Part shown: positions 1-10,246 of the stretch, piece after piece
How positions within the stretch are numbered: position 1 is the first letter of the stretch
Layout: the number at the start of each line of letters is the position of its first letter
Source of the DNA: Escherichia coli
Lineage (GTDB): Bacteria; Pseudomonadota; Gammaproteobacteria; Enterobacterales; Enterobacteriaceae
NCBI RefSeq assembly: GCF_013315695.1
Contig: NZ_CP054355.1
Length of the DNA: 64,000 bases
Strand: one strand, 5' to 3'
Notes under the pieces: generated by a model
Told to the model about the DNA's origin: nothing
Seen by the model: only the letters and a program-made list of their open reading frames with translations
Databases searched by the model: none
Made by a program: the position numbers and the translations under genes

Positions 1-7
1 AGGACCC

Positions 8-433
8 GTGCTGACGCGGGACATAGAACGGGTGCTGGAGCAAAGCGGGGAAGCCCCGGTCTACGGGCCAAACCTGCGCGCCTCCTGCCGTCGTCTGGAG
101 GATGCCGGCTGGCTGCGTACCCTGCGCGCTCCGAACCTGCAGCTGGCAGTGGAGCTGACGGACGCCGGCCGGGCCGTGGCACAGCCTCTGCTGCCCGCAG
201 GCGGCACTTCTGCCACTGATCTGGCGGTGGAGCTGAACGGCATAACGTATCAGGCCTGCCGTGGGGATTTTGTGGTGCGTCTCGACGGCAGCACCTGTCT
301 GCAGTTATGGAATAAAGAAGGCAGGGTGGTACGCCGGGAGGGCGATCCGCTGGAAGTGGCGCAGTGGCTGCAGGCCTGTCACGATGCAGGAATGGAGGTT
401 CGCGTACAGATAAATGAAAGTGCCGCTCCGTAA
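8..433 (+). CDS. hypothetical protein, 5'-partial (reading frame open to window start)
   Basis: ORF has no in-frame stop upstream of position 8; no recognisable motif. Confidence 0.3.
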   Translation: MLTRDIERVLEQSGEAPVYGPNLRASCRRLEDAGWLRTLRAPNLQLAVELTDAGRAVAQPLLPAGGTSATDLAVELNGITYQACRGDFVVRLDGSTCLQLWNKEGRVVRREGDPLEVAQWLQACHDAGMEVRVQINESAAP

Positions 434-452
434 GAACACGCCTGTGCACGGT

Positions 453-800
453 TTACACATCATCCCATGGTGGCAGCCGGTTAACTTTCCTGCGCCACCA
501 GTGGAAAGAGGCCATGAGCAGTCCGGACAAAAACCCCCCCGTGATACTTATAATAATGGCCTCACCTGCCACCATTCCTGACGGCCCCCAGTAGATAAAC
601 CACATTGCACATCCCCAGGAAATGCCCCATAAGCCCCCCGTCAGCACCGTGACCTGCCAGAACGGCATAAAGGGTAATGGCGGAAGCCGGATACCCAGCC
701 GCCAGAGAATACGCAGAAGAGGAGGGGCATAATTGCTCCGCCACATCTTTTTGCTGTCCATCAGGGCAATGGCCCGGGCTTTTTTCTGCTCAAAAGTCAC
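453..800 (-). CDS. small hydrophobic membrane protein, unknown function
   Basis: 115-aa ORF with Gly/Trp-rich hydrophobic segments typical of a 2-3 TM protein. Confidence 0.35.
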   Translation of the reverse strand: MTFEQKKARAIALMDSKKMWRSNYAPPLLRILWRLGIRLPPLPFMPFWQVTVLTGGLWGISWGCAMWFIYWGPSGMVAGEAIIISITGGFLSGLLMASFHWWRRKVNRLPPWDDV

Positions 801-928
801 AGGAGCACCTCCGTTCCATGATGTAAACGTGACACAGCTTATTGTTATTGATTATTATTATCATGCTGTGGTTATGTTGTCATGCATCAGTACACTGACA
901 AAAGTGCAAAAGAAAGGAAAACTGGCAG

Positions 929-1264
929 ATGAACAGAAAATATTATTTTAATAATATGTGGTGGGGATGGGTGACGGGGGGATATATGCTGTATATGTCA
1001 TGGGATTATGATTTTAAATACAGATTACTGTTCTGGTGTATTTCTCTCTGCGGAATGGTTTTGTATCCGGTTGCAAAATGGTATATTGAAGATACAGCTC
1101 TGAAATTTACCCGGCCTGATTTCTGGAACAGCGGTTTTTTTACTGATACACCTGGAAAAATGGGATTGCTTGCTGTTTATACGGGTACTGTTTTCATATT
1201 ATCTCTTCCGTTAAGTATGATATATATTCTTTCTGTTATTATAAAAAGGCTGTCTGTAAGATAG
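929..1264 (+). CDS. colicin Ia/Ib-type immunity protein (orphan; no colicin gene present)
   Basis: 111-aa hydrophobic protein (MNRKYYFNNMWWGW...IIKRLSVR) matching my recollection of the colicin Ia immunity protein; hairpin plus T-run immediately 3'. Confidence 0.5.
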   Translation: MNRKYYFNNMWWGWVTGGYMLYMSWDYDFKYRLLFWCISLCGMVLYPVAKWYIEDTALKFTRPDFWNSGFFTDTPGKMGLLAVYTGTVFILSLPLSMIYILSVIIKRLSVR

Positions 1265-2702
1265 ACAGCCTGTCTTATATTTTATTTAAATACCCCAGAA
1301 CTTATGCCACAAGAATTATCTAAAAGTTGCCGTTCTACTCCGTTAGTTTGTAGTTCTATCATAGTCTTATTAACTCGATCACGAGGTCTGTATGACGGGG
1401 AAGCTTGCGCTGTAAGATTATATGATAATGCACATATTGTAATGATAGTTGTTTTTATCTTTGTGTTTAATGTGAAAATTTTATAAAGCATATAATGTTC
1501 CCTATTTTTATTTTGTTTATAATTTATTGGTTGTATGTTAAATCTATCATAAGTCTAATGATTAAAATGGTTAGTGGTGTCAGGATTAGTGAAAATAAAG
1601 GATGTAATATGCTATTCTTTCTCTGTAAGTACTTGAGAATACTAAACCATAGTACAAGAATGATTATGTACATGTAGTGAGAATTGGAAAACATAGTTTC
1701 TTCCCGTGTTAATGAGAGTATGTGTTTTTATGTGGGGATATGTACACCCCATATAGATGTATTATGTTATATTTATAATATACCTCGGCAAAATAAAAGG
1801 ATTGTTATAGAAATAGGGAAGGCTATAAAAAAGCTTATATTAAGGTCTGTTTTCTTCTTAGAAAAATAATTCTTTGCTCTAATTATTATAGATGTAATCC
1901 CCCAAACAATAAAAAGAATGGAGCTGCTTGTAATTATTTGATATATCAAAATTGTTTTCCTCTATTTTTGTGTAGATAGATGTTAATGGCACTGGGTGCA
2001 TTTATTCGTAATTTCTTTTTCCATGCTGGGCCAGCAGGAGCATTTGAACAGAAACTTGATTAATCATGAAAACACATCACTTATCGAAGAAAAAAATATA
2101 AACTAACAGAATAACTATAGATGCAGGGAAAGCTAAGAATAAGCTTATAGCTGGGGCTGTTTTTTTGTTGAATTTCCAGTTTGTGACTCTGATTATTACA
2201 GCTATAGTCATCCAGACTATAATTAAAATAGAACTGCCATTGATAAAATCATATTTCAAAATAAATTCTCCTGTATTTGTCACTCAATCGGTGGTTTATG
2301 TGACTATATTCGCAAAAACTGGTCGCAGAAAAGTCCTGTTTTCAGCTTGGAAACCCGGTAATCAGAATAATGGATAGGGGAACAAAAATCTCTGTATAGA
2401 ACGCTCCATTGAGGGAGAGAAAACGTGTCATTTTGACCCGTTCGGTATTCAGAACACACAAAACCGATCGCGCATCGCTTTCGTGCATAGTTATGCAACG
2501 CGCTAAAAACGATTCTGACGCATTTTTCTGGTTCAGCCTGTGTTTCCTTGTCTTTTTGCGTTTTTTGCGTCAGAAAGCGACTGAGGGCGTTTTAAGGGGT
2601 ACGTACAACGGGAGTTATGGTAAATGGATCGGTTTTTCGGGAAGGATCGACAGGATTTGCCGTTGGGTGTAGTGTAAGCGACTGAAAAACAAACGCCCCT
2701 GA

Positions 2703-3401
2703 AATCATGTCCAGATCCGGCAGAACCAGCCTCATGCGCAGTTCTGGCTGGTTTTTGACGTTGATCGCGAGGGGGCAGCGATTGACTGGAGCGACCGGAA
2801 CGCTCCCGCGCCGAACATCACCGTAAAAAATCCTGTGAACGGTCATGCTCACCTGCTCTACGCGCTCAATATCGCCGTGAGAACCGCGCCGGACAGCTCG
2901 GTTAAGGCGCTGAAATACGCCGCTGCGATTGAACGTTCGCTGTGTGAGAAACTTTGTGCTGATGTGAACTACAGCGGACTGATTTGTAAAAATCCGTTCC
3001 ACCTGGAATGGCAGGTGATGGAGTGGCGAGAGGAAGCCTATACCCTCGATGAACTGGCTGATTATCTCGATTTGAGCGCCTCAGCGCGCCGTAGCATCGA
3101 TAAACATTACGGGATGGGGCGAAACTGCCACCTGTTCGAAATGACGCGCAAATGGGCTTACAGGGCGATTCGTCAGGGCTGGCCCGAATTCTCACAGTGG
3201 CTTGATGCCGTGATTCAGCGTGTCGAAATGTACAACGCATCGCTTCCCGTTCCGCTTTCACCGCCTGAATGTCGGGCTATTGGCAAGAGCATTGCGAAAT
3301 ACACGCACAGGAACTTCACGCCGGAAACTTTCGCACAGTATGTGGCTGATACGCACACATTAACGTACGTTTTCGTTCCATTGGCCCTCACCCCCCGATA
3401 A
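2703..3401 (+). pseudogene. ColE2-type plasmid Rep (primase-type initiator) remnant, lacking N-terminus and C-terminal DNA-binding region
   Basis: In-frame translation from the stop at 2700 gives ...FWLVFDVDREGAAIDWSDRNAPAPNITVKNP..NGHAHLLYAL..ICKNPFHLEWQ.., as remembered for ColE2 Rep; no ATG/GTG/TTG start before the GTG at 2835; protein ends early. Confidence 0.55.
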
Positions 3402-3637
3402 CGACCCAGGTAGCGCGCCGTATTCCCCCCGCCGGCCGTTTTCTTCGACATGTACATCAGGCGCGGAACTCATCGGGGCGCGGGAATGAAATCCCATTCA
3501 GACTCCGGATAGATTCAAGCAAGCCCACTTATCGTCAAAATCGGTGTTGCAAAAACGGGAGTGACCATAGATCCGTTTTCCAAGCGGACCCATAATATCG
3601 GCTGGTAAACATCACTCGCTAGTGCATTCTTTTTGTT

Positions 3638-3657
3638 GGTAATGATAATCATTTACA
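3638..3657. promoter_or_regulatory. Fur box upstream of cjrA
   Basis: ggtaatgataatcatttac closely matches the Fur consensus GATAATGATAATCATTATC. Confidence 0.6.
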
Positions 3658-3732
3658 TTCATTCTTTGATGTTTTATCATAATTAATGTTTTGTCAATAA
3701 ATATATGGAAACATATTGTTTCAGATGGGAAT

Positions 3733-4608
3733 ATGAGAAAGTTCATCCTTATTTCTATGATAACGTTAGCTAGTGTTAGTCTGGGAGCCTGCAGACAGAA
3801 TGTCACCATAAAGCAGGATGCGCCAGGGCAGAAAGCTTTCCTGACTGACGGGCAGATTTACGATTTGCACAGTGGCAAAATTATTTCTAGCAGCGAGCTT
3901 TTGGCGGATCTTGCTACCGCTCAACATCTTATTATTGGTGAAAAACACGATAATGCCGAGCATCATCAGATTGAGCTTTGGCTTATTCAAAATTTGCTCA
4001 TCCAGCGACCACAGGGGAGTGTGTTGCTTGAGATGTTGACGTCAGAGCAACAGCCCCGAGTTAACCAAGTTAAATGTTGGCTGAAAGATAATCCTGTGGT
4101 TCGAGATAGCCGTGTTCAGGAACTACTTAACTGGCAAAAAGGGTGGTCCTGGGAGATGTATGGCGACATCGTCATGCAGCTATTACGTGGGCCTTACCCG
4201 CTGCTCAATGCCAACATTGGCCGGGAGCAGATATTGGCACTGTACAAAAAAAACGAATTTCCTAAAGGAAAAAAATCCACTGCACCTGTGGTACAAGAAG
4301 CTCTGCGTGAAACCATCATATCTATGCATGAAGGCAACCTTGAAAGCCAGCAACTGACGTCAATGCTCTCTATTCAGCAGCAGCGGGATCGCTACATGGC
4401 CCGCCAGCTTCTGAGTGCCCCGGTACCGTCGTTGTTGATTGCAGGTGGTTATCACGCGTCAAAAAGCATGGGCGTACCGTTACACATGGAAGATCTTGCC
4501 ACCGGCACCCATCCAGTGGTGTTGATGCTTGCAGAAAAAGGAATGAACATCACAGTAGATCATGCTGACTACGTGTGGTTTGTAGCGCCAGATACAACAA
4601 AAAGGTAA
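3733..4608 (+). CDS. cjrA: ChaN-like haem/iron-binding lipoprotein (CjrA-like)
   Basis: Signal peptide with lipobox-like SLGAC; size and position 5' of a TonB homologue and a TonB-dependent receptor as in the cjrABC-senB cluster. Confidence 0.55.
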   Translation: MRKFILISMITLASVSLGACRQNVTIKQDAPGQKAFLTDGQIYDLHSGKIISSSELLADLATAQHLIIGEKHDNAEHHQIELWLIQNLLIQRPQGSVLLEMLTSEQQPRVNQVKCWLKDNPVVRDSRVQELLNWQKGWSWEMYGDIVMQLLRGPYPLLNANIGREQILALYKKNEFPKGKKSTAPVVQEALRETIISMHEGNLESQQLTSMLSIQQQRDRYMARQLLSAPVPSLLIAGGYHASKSMGVPLHMEDLATGTHPVVLMLAEKGMNITVDHADYVWFVAPDTTKR

Positions 4609-4615
4609 ACCATGG

Positions 4616-5392
4616 ATGATGAATATTCTCCACTTCTCACAGTCGGTAAAATGGAGCAGCTGGTTTATCTGTTCTCTACTGCTTCATGGACTGATTTTCC
4701 TTGCGTTTATCTGGCGTTTTTCCGAAGTTCAGCCCGCTATGTCTCCTGCACCGGCGATCATGCTGCAATGGGCAGAAATTATAGAGGCTCCTTCTTCTCC
4801 ACTTTCGCTTCCGGTGGGAATCGCTCAACAGGAGTCCGCAGTGACAGAAGAAAAGCAACAAACTGAGGACAGACAACAACGTCCTGTCACTGAAGACAGT
4901 GATGCAACCATTGAAATAACTAGGAAGAAAAAGTCATCCGATGGAGAAAAGAAAAAGACACGTCCACCTCGTAAGATAAAGGCTCAAACCAGCGACAGCA
5001 ACCCCACAGCCGTTTCCAGTAATGCTGCACCTCAGGCTCTGGTCGAATCGTCCCGTATTGCTGCGCCTTTTAACAGTGACTCAACAAAGCGAGATAATTC
5101 TGAGGCATCTTGGGAAAGCAGAGTAAAAGGCCACCTAAACCGTTATAAACGTTACCCTGGCGATGCCAGAAAACGTGCACGAACCGGCACAGCCGTCGTG
5201 ACTTTTACCGTAAACACGGAAGGCACTATTGTCAGTAGTTTCTTGGAAATCTCTTCAGGAACCTTTTCTCTTGACCGCGAAGCTATTGCTGTTTTAGAAC
5301 GCGCTCAACCACTTCCCAAACCACCGCCTGAAATATTGGAGGGAGGATTATTTAAAGTAAAAATGCCGATTACCTTTAAGTTGAAGGAGTAA
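4616..5392 (+). CDS. cjrB: TonB-family energy transducer (CjrB-like)
   Basis: N-terminal membrane anchor, charged linker, C-terminal TonB-like domain (..GTAVVTFTVNTEGTIV...PLPKPP); 258 aa. Confidence 0.65.
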   Translation: MMNILHFSQSVKWSSWFICSLLLHGLIFLAFIWRFSEVQPAMSPAPAIMLQWAEIIEAPSSPLSLPVGIAQQESAVTEEKQQTEDRQQRPVTEDSDATIEITRKKKSSDGEKKKTRPPRKIKAQTSDSNPTAVSSNAAPQALVESSRIAAPFNSDSTKRDNSEASWESRVKGHLNRYKRYPGDARKRARTGTAVVTFTVNTEGTIVSSFLEISSGTFSLDREAIAVLERAQPLPKPPPEILEGGLFKVKMPITFKLKE

Positions 5393-5560
5393 AGGGATAA
5401 TTGGCCGTTCAAGTTCATTTAACTGAAATTTAATTTTCATTTTTATGCTGAACATTTTATCAAACTTTTCCACTGTCAAAAAAATCAAAAAGACAGTAGA
5501 ACATAATTAATAAACAAATAGTTATACTTATCTTTATTAATATTATACCCAAGGAAATTT

Positions 5561-7822
5561 ATGAACGTTATAAAACTGGCTATCGGCTCAGGCATATTAT
5601 TGCTCAGCTGCGGTGCTTACTCACAATCCATCAGTGAAAAAACTAATTCCGACAAAAAAGGAGCGGCAGAATTCAGTCCGCTCAGCGTTTCTGTCGGGAA
5701 GACGACCAGTGAGCAGGAAGCTCTCGAGAAAACAGGCGCGACCAGTTCCCGGACAACGGACAAAAACCTGCAATCACTTGACGCAACAGTGCGTAGTATG
5801 CCTGGTACTTATACTCAAATAGATCCTGGTCAGGGAGCAATCAGTGTGAATATTCGAGGCATGAGCGGATTTGGTCGTGTAAACACTATGGTCGATGGTA
5901 TTACCCAGAGTTTTTACGGAACCTCTACCTCCGGAACAACGACGCATGGTTCAACTAACAATATGGCTGGCGTACTTATAGATCCTAACTTACTGGTAGC
6001 AGTTGATGTTACACGCGGTGACAGCAGTGGCTCTGAAGGGATCAACGCCCTTGCCGGTAGTGCAAATATGCGTACTATTGGCGTTGACGATGTAATATTT
6101 AACGGTAATACATATGGCCTTCGTTCACGTTTCTCTGTCGGTAGTAATGGGCTGGGACGCAGCGGAATGATCGCCCTTGGTGGAAAAAGCGACGCTTTTA
6201 CGGATACGGGAAGCATTGGCGTTATGGCTGCTGTGAGCGGCAGTTCTGTGTACTCTAATTTCTCAAATGGTTCTGGAATTAACAGCAAAGAGTTTGGTTA
6301 TGATAAATATATGAAGCAGAACCCCAAATCCCAACTGTATAAAATGGATATCAGACCAGACGAATTTAACAGCTTCGAACTTTCCGCTCGAACCTATGAA
6401 AATAAATTTACACGTCGTGATATAACCAGTGACGACTATTACATTAAATATCATTACACCCCTTTTTCTGAATTAATTGACTTTAACGTAACGGCCAGTA
6501 CCAGTCGCGGTAATCAAAAGTATCGTGATGGCTCGCTGTATACTTTCTACAAAACCTCAGCGCAAAATCGTTCTGACGCGCTGGATATCAACAATACCAG
6601 CCGGTTCACTGTCGCGGACAATGACCTGGAGTTTATGCTGGGCAGCAAACTGATGCGTACCCGCTATGACCGGACCATTCACTCAGCGGCGGGCGACCCG
6701 AAAGCGAATCAGGAATCGATCGAGAACAATCCGTTCGCACCCTCCGGCCAGCAGGATATTTCAGCGCTGTATACCGGGCTGAAGGTTACGCGCGGCATCT
6801 GGGAGGCAGATTTCAATCTCAACTACACACGTAACAGGATCACAGGGTACAAGCCCGCCTGCGATTCACGCGTTATCTGCGTGCCACAGGGTAGCTACGA
6901 TATTGACGATAAAGAGGGTGGCTTCAACCCTTCAGTTCAGCTTTCTGCTCAGGTAACACCATGGCTTCAGCCGTTCATTGGCTACAGCAAATCCATGCGC
7001 GCCCCGAACATCCAGGAGATGTTCTTCTCTAATTCAGGAGGCGCATCCATGAACCCATTCCTGAAGCCTGAACGTGCAGAAACCTGGCAGGCGGGTTTTA
7101 ACATTGATACCAGAGATTTACTGGTCGAACAGGATGCCCTGCGCTTTAAGGCTCTGGCGTACCGCAGCAGGATCCAGAACTACATCTACAGCGAGTCTTA
7201 TCTGGTTTGTTCTGGAGGTCGTAAATGCAGTCTGCCTGAGGTGATTGGCAATGGCTGGGAGGGCATTAGCGATGAATACAGCGACAATATGTACATCTAC
7301 GTTAACTCGGCAAGCGACGTTATCGCAAAGGGCTTCGAACTGGAGATGGATTATGATGCAGGTTTTGCTTTTGGCCGACTCTCTTTCAGCCAGCAGCAAA
7401 CAGACCAGCCAACCTCCATCGCCAGCACCCACTTTGGCGCAGGGGATATAACCGAACTGCCCAGAAAATACATGACGCTGGATACTGGTGTTCGCTTCTT
7501 CGATAACGCGTTGACCCTGGGCACTATCATAAAATACACAGGCAAGGCTCGTCGCCTGTCGCCTGATTTTGAGCAGGACGAACATACCGGCGCAATAATC
7601 AAACAGGATTTGCCGCAGATCCCAACGATTATCGATCTCTATGGTACTTACGAGTACAACCGCAACCTGACACTGAAACTTTCGGTACAAAACCTGATGA
7701 ACAGAGATTATTCGGAGGCGCTGAATAAGCTCAACATGATGCCAGGTCTTGGTGACGAGACCCACCCAGCCAATTCCGCGCGTGGCAGAACATGGATATT
7801 TGGCGGGGACATTCGTTTCTGA
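5561..7822 (+). CDS. cjrC: TonB-dependent outer-membrane receptor (CjrC-like)
   Basis: 753 aa, signal peptide, C-terminal ...GGDIRF ending in aromatic residue typical of TonB-dependent receptors. Confidence 0.7.
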   Translation: MNVIKLAIGSGILLLSCGAYSQSISEKTNSDKKGAAEFSPLSVSVGKTTSEQEALEKTGATSSRTTDKNLQSLDATVRSMPGTYTQIDPGQGAISVNIRGMSGFGRVNTMVDGITQSFYGTSTSGTTTHGSTNNMAGVLIDPNLLVAVDVTRGDSSGSEGINALAGSANMRTIGVDDVIFNGNTYGLRSRFSVGSNGLGRSGMIALGGKSDAFTDTGSIGVMAAVSGSSVYSNFSNGSGINSKEFGYDKYMKQNPKSQLYKMDIRPDEFNSFELSARTYENKFTRRDITSDDYYIKYHYTPFSELIDFNVTASTSRGNQKYRDGSLYTFYKTSAQNRSDALDINNTSRFTVADNDLEFMLGSKLMRTRYDRTIHSAAGDPKANQESIENNPFAPSGQQDISALYTGLKVTRGIWEADFNLNYTRNRITGYKPACDSRVICVPQGSYDIDDKEGGFNPSVQLSAQVTPWLQPFIGYSKSMRAPNIQEMFFSNSGGASMNPFLKPERAETWQAGFNIDTRDLLVEQDALRFKALAYRSRIQNYIYSESYLVCSGGRKCSLPEVIGNGWEGISDEYSDNMYIYVNSASDVIAKGFELEMDYDAGFAFGRLSFSQQQTDQPTSIASTHFGAGDITELPRKYMTLDTGVRFFDNALTLGTIIKYTGKARRLSPDFEQDEHTGAIIKQDLPQIPTIIDLYGTYEYNRNLTLKLSVQNLMNRDYSEALNKLNMMPGLGDETHPANSARGRTWIFGGDIRF

Positions 7823-7890
7823 TGACAATTTCCGCTAGGTTCAGACAATACGTTTTCTCTCTTATGTCAATTTTATTGCAGGAACGAAAA

Positions 7891-9066
7891 ATGAATATTT
7901 TCACTTTATCCAAAGCACCGCTATACCTGTTAATTTCACTATTTTTACCCACGATGGCCATGGCTATCGATCCACCTGAACGCGAACTTTCGCGATTTGC
8001 CCTGAAAACGAATTACCTTCAGTCCCCTGATGAAGGCGTCTATGAACTGGCGTTTGATAATGCCAGTAAAAAGGTGTTTGCAGCAGTCACCGATCGTGTA
8101 AATCGTGAAGCCAATAAAGGCTATCTGTATTCGTTTAATTCAGATTCGCTGAAAGTCGAAAATAAATACACGATGCCATACCGGGCATTTTCGCTGGCGA
8201 TAAATCAGGATAAACATCAGCTCTATATCGGACACACCCAGTCAGCGTCCCTGCGTATCAGTATGTTTGACACCCCAACCGGCAAACTGGTAAGAACCAG
8301 CGACAGGTTAAGTTTTAAAGCGGCAAACGCTGCAGATTCGCGTTTTGAGCATTTTCGCCATATGGTTTACAGCCAGGATTCCGATACCCTGTTTGTGAGT
8401 TATAGCAATATGCTGAAAACGGCCGAGGGCATGAAGCCTCTGCATAAGCTGTTAATGCTCGACGGGACGACGCTTGCCTTAAAAGGCGAGGTTAAGGATG
8501 CTTACAAAGGTACAGCGTATGGTCTGACGATGGATGAAAAAACACAGAAAATCTACGTTGGCGGAAGAGATTACATCAACGAAATTGATGCGAAAAATCA
8601 GACGCTGCTGCGTACCATCCCGTTGAAAGATCCGAGACCACAAATCACAAGTGTGCAGAATCTGGCGGTGGACTCCGCTTCTGACCGTGCCTTTGTGGTG
8701 GTATTCGACCATGACGATCGTTCCGGTACAAAAGATGGACTCTATATTTTTGACTTACGCGACGGTAAACAGCTTGGCTATGTGCACACAGGAGCCGGAG
8801 CTAACGCGGTGAAATACAATCCGAAATATAACGAACTGTATGTCACCAACTTCACTAGCGGCACCATCAGCGTAGTGGATGCCACCAAATACAGCATCAC
8901 CCGTGAATTTAACATGCCGGTCTACCCAAACCAGATGGTGTTGTCGGACGATATGGATACCCTTTACATTGGCATCAAAGAAGGCTTTAACCGCGATTGG
9001 GATCCTGATGTGTTTGTGGAAGGAGCTAAAGAACGTATTCTGAGCATTGATTTGAAAAAGTCGTGA
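7891..9066 (+). CDS. senB: SenB/TieB-like secreted protein with YVTN-type beta-propeller repeats
   Basis: About 391 aa from MNIFTLSK with signal peptide; repeated KIYVGG / ELYVTNFTSG / LYIGI motifs; position after cjrC as in cjrABC-senB. Confidence 0.5.
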   Translation: MNIFTLSKAPLYLLISLFLPTMAMAIDPPERELSRFALKTNYLQSPDEGVYELAFDNASKKVFAAVTDRVNREANKGYLYSFNSDSLKVENKYTMPYRAFSLAINQDKHQLYIGHTQSASLRISMFDTPTGKLVRTSDRLSFKAANAADSRFEHFRHMVYSQDSDTLFVSYSNMLKTAEGMKPLHKLLMLDGTTLALKGEVKDAYKGTAYGLTMDEKTQKIYVGGRDYINEIDAKNQTLLRTIPLKDPRPQITSVQNLAVDSASDRAFVVVFDHDDRSGTKDGLYIFDLRDGKQLGYVHTGAGANAVKYNPKYNELYVTNFTSGTISVVDATKYSITREFNMPVYPNQMVLSDDMDTLYIGIKEGFNRDWDPDVFVEGAKERILSIDLKKS

Positions 9067-9339
9067 TCGGGGGGAAAAAACATGGGATAAAAACTCCGTT
9101 ATTCCACTAAACTGGCCGGACTAGGAAAAGCAAACATCTCTGTCCTGCCGGTACGCCTGTTACGCCGCTCCATGAGGCTGAGGAATCTCCAGAAAACGAG
9201 ACAGGCACAGCATTGTACGATCAACTGATTTGTGCCAATAATTAAATGAAATCACAGCTATGCCTGTTCATGGGGTTCTAGGCCGGAACCCCAGATTTTT
9301 CCGATTGTTTGTTTTCTAACTGATTATTCAGTAGTTTTA

Positions 9340-9377
9340 GAGGGCTGACGCTCAGTGGAACGAAAACTCACGTTAAG
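9340..9377. repeat. Tn3-family 38-bp terminal inverted repeat-like sequence (isolated end)
   Basis: gagggctgacgctcagtggaacgaaaactcacgttaag closely resembles the Tn3 IR GGGGTCTGACGCTCAGTGGAACGAAAACTCACGTTAAG. Confidence 0.65.
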
Positions 9378-9406
9378 AGGTTTTGACTATGATAAAAGTC
9401 AAAGTA

Positions 9407-9443
9407 GGGGTGAGTTTGGATATGGAAATTATTGTACTATAAG
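9407..9443. repeat. Tn3-family-type IR-like 37-mer (copy A)
   Basis: GGGGTGAGTTTGGATATGGAAATTATTGTACTATAAG; GGGG...TAAG architecture; near-identical copy at 23728-23765 in the same orientation. Confidence 0.5.
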
Positions 9444-9588
9444 GAGAGCATGAAAAACCCTGGGGCAGTCACTGAATGAGGGACCAGCAGCGGTAAAATA
9501 ACCAGCATAATTTCTGCATGGTCGATTTTTATACCGTGACAGGCTGTTTTTTATACTTGCACCGATTCCCGGGCACACTTAGCCTGTG

Positions 9589-9865
9589 TCAGGCCGGCAT
9601 ATACCTCAGCAGACTGATATCCCGCGCGTTTTTCTTCAGCCCTGATACATTCAGCCCCGCAATGGCCCGGCGGTATACCATCCGGCCGCCGCACAGCACG
9701 CATTCGAACGGGTCACGACTCAGGAACTGTTTCACCATTTGTGCATAGCACACTTTCGCCACTGCTTCCGGTTTATCCATCCCCAGAGCACGGTACACCT
9801 GCGGCAGCTTCTCTCCACACACCCGGTTGGCAAGGAACCCGAAGTACCTCACCATCTTAAAAAAC
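9589..9865 (-). pseudogene. IS91-family-like transposase C-terminal fragment, N-terminally truncated by IS629
   Basis: ..VRYFGFLANR..CVLCGG.. resembles the C-terminal region of IS91/ISCR-type transposases; ORF abuts the IS629 end. Confidence 0.35.
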
Positions 9866-9919
9866 TGAACCGCCCCGGGAATCCTGGAGACTAAACTTCC
9901 TGAGAAAGAGGTAAACAGG

Positions 9920-10246
9920 ATGACTAAAAATACTCGTTTTTCCCCCGAAGTCCGTCAACGGGCAGTCCGTATGGTTCTGGAAAGTCAGGGCGAATATGAC
10001 TCACAATGGGCGACAATTTGTTCCATTGCCCCAAAGATTGGCTGTACACCGGAGACTCTGCGTGTCTGGGTACGCCAGCATGAGCGGAATACCGGAGGCG
10101 GTGATGGCGGGCTCACCACCGCTGAACGTCAGCGTCTGAAAGAGCTGGAACGTGAAAATCGTGAACTGCGCCGCAGTAACGATATCCTTCGCCAGGCTTC
10201 CGCTTATTTTGCGAAGGCGGAGTTCGACCGCCTCTGGAAAAAGTGA
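9920..10246 (+). CDS. IS629 transposase OrfA
   Basis: [19 protein letters not shown]... HTH/leucine-zipper OrfA of the IS3 family. Confidence 0.8.
   Translation: MTKNTRFSPEVRQRAVRMVLESQGEYDSQWATICSIAPKIGCTPETLRVWVRQHERNTGGGDGGLTTAERQRLKELERENRELRRSNDILRQASAYFAKAEFDRLWKK

Noticed and set aside
1265-3200. Colicin Ia/Ib structural gene convergent with the immunity gene
   Set aside because: No long minus-strand ORF and no pore-forming-domain-like sequence in this interval
2835-3401. Intact replication initiator gene
   Set aside because: Conserved Rep sequence continues upstream of the listed start with no start codon, and the C-terminal domain is absent; called a remnant instead
7118-7828. 236-aa minus-strand ORF
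   Set aside because: Antisense to the TonB-dependent receptor gene; no independent support
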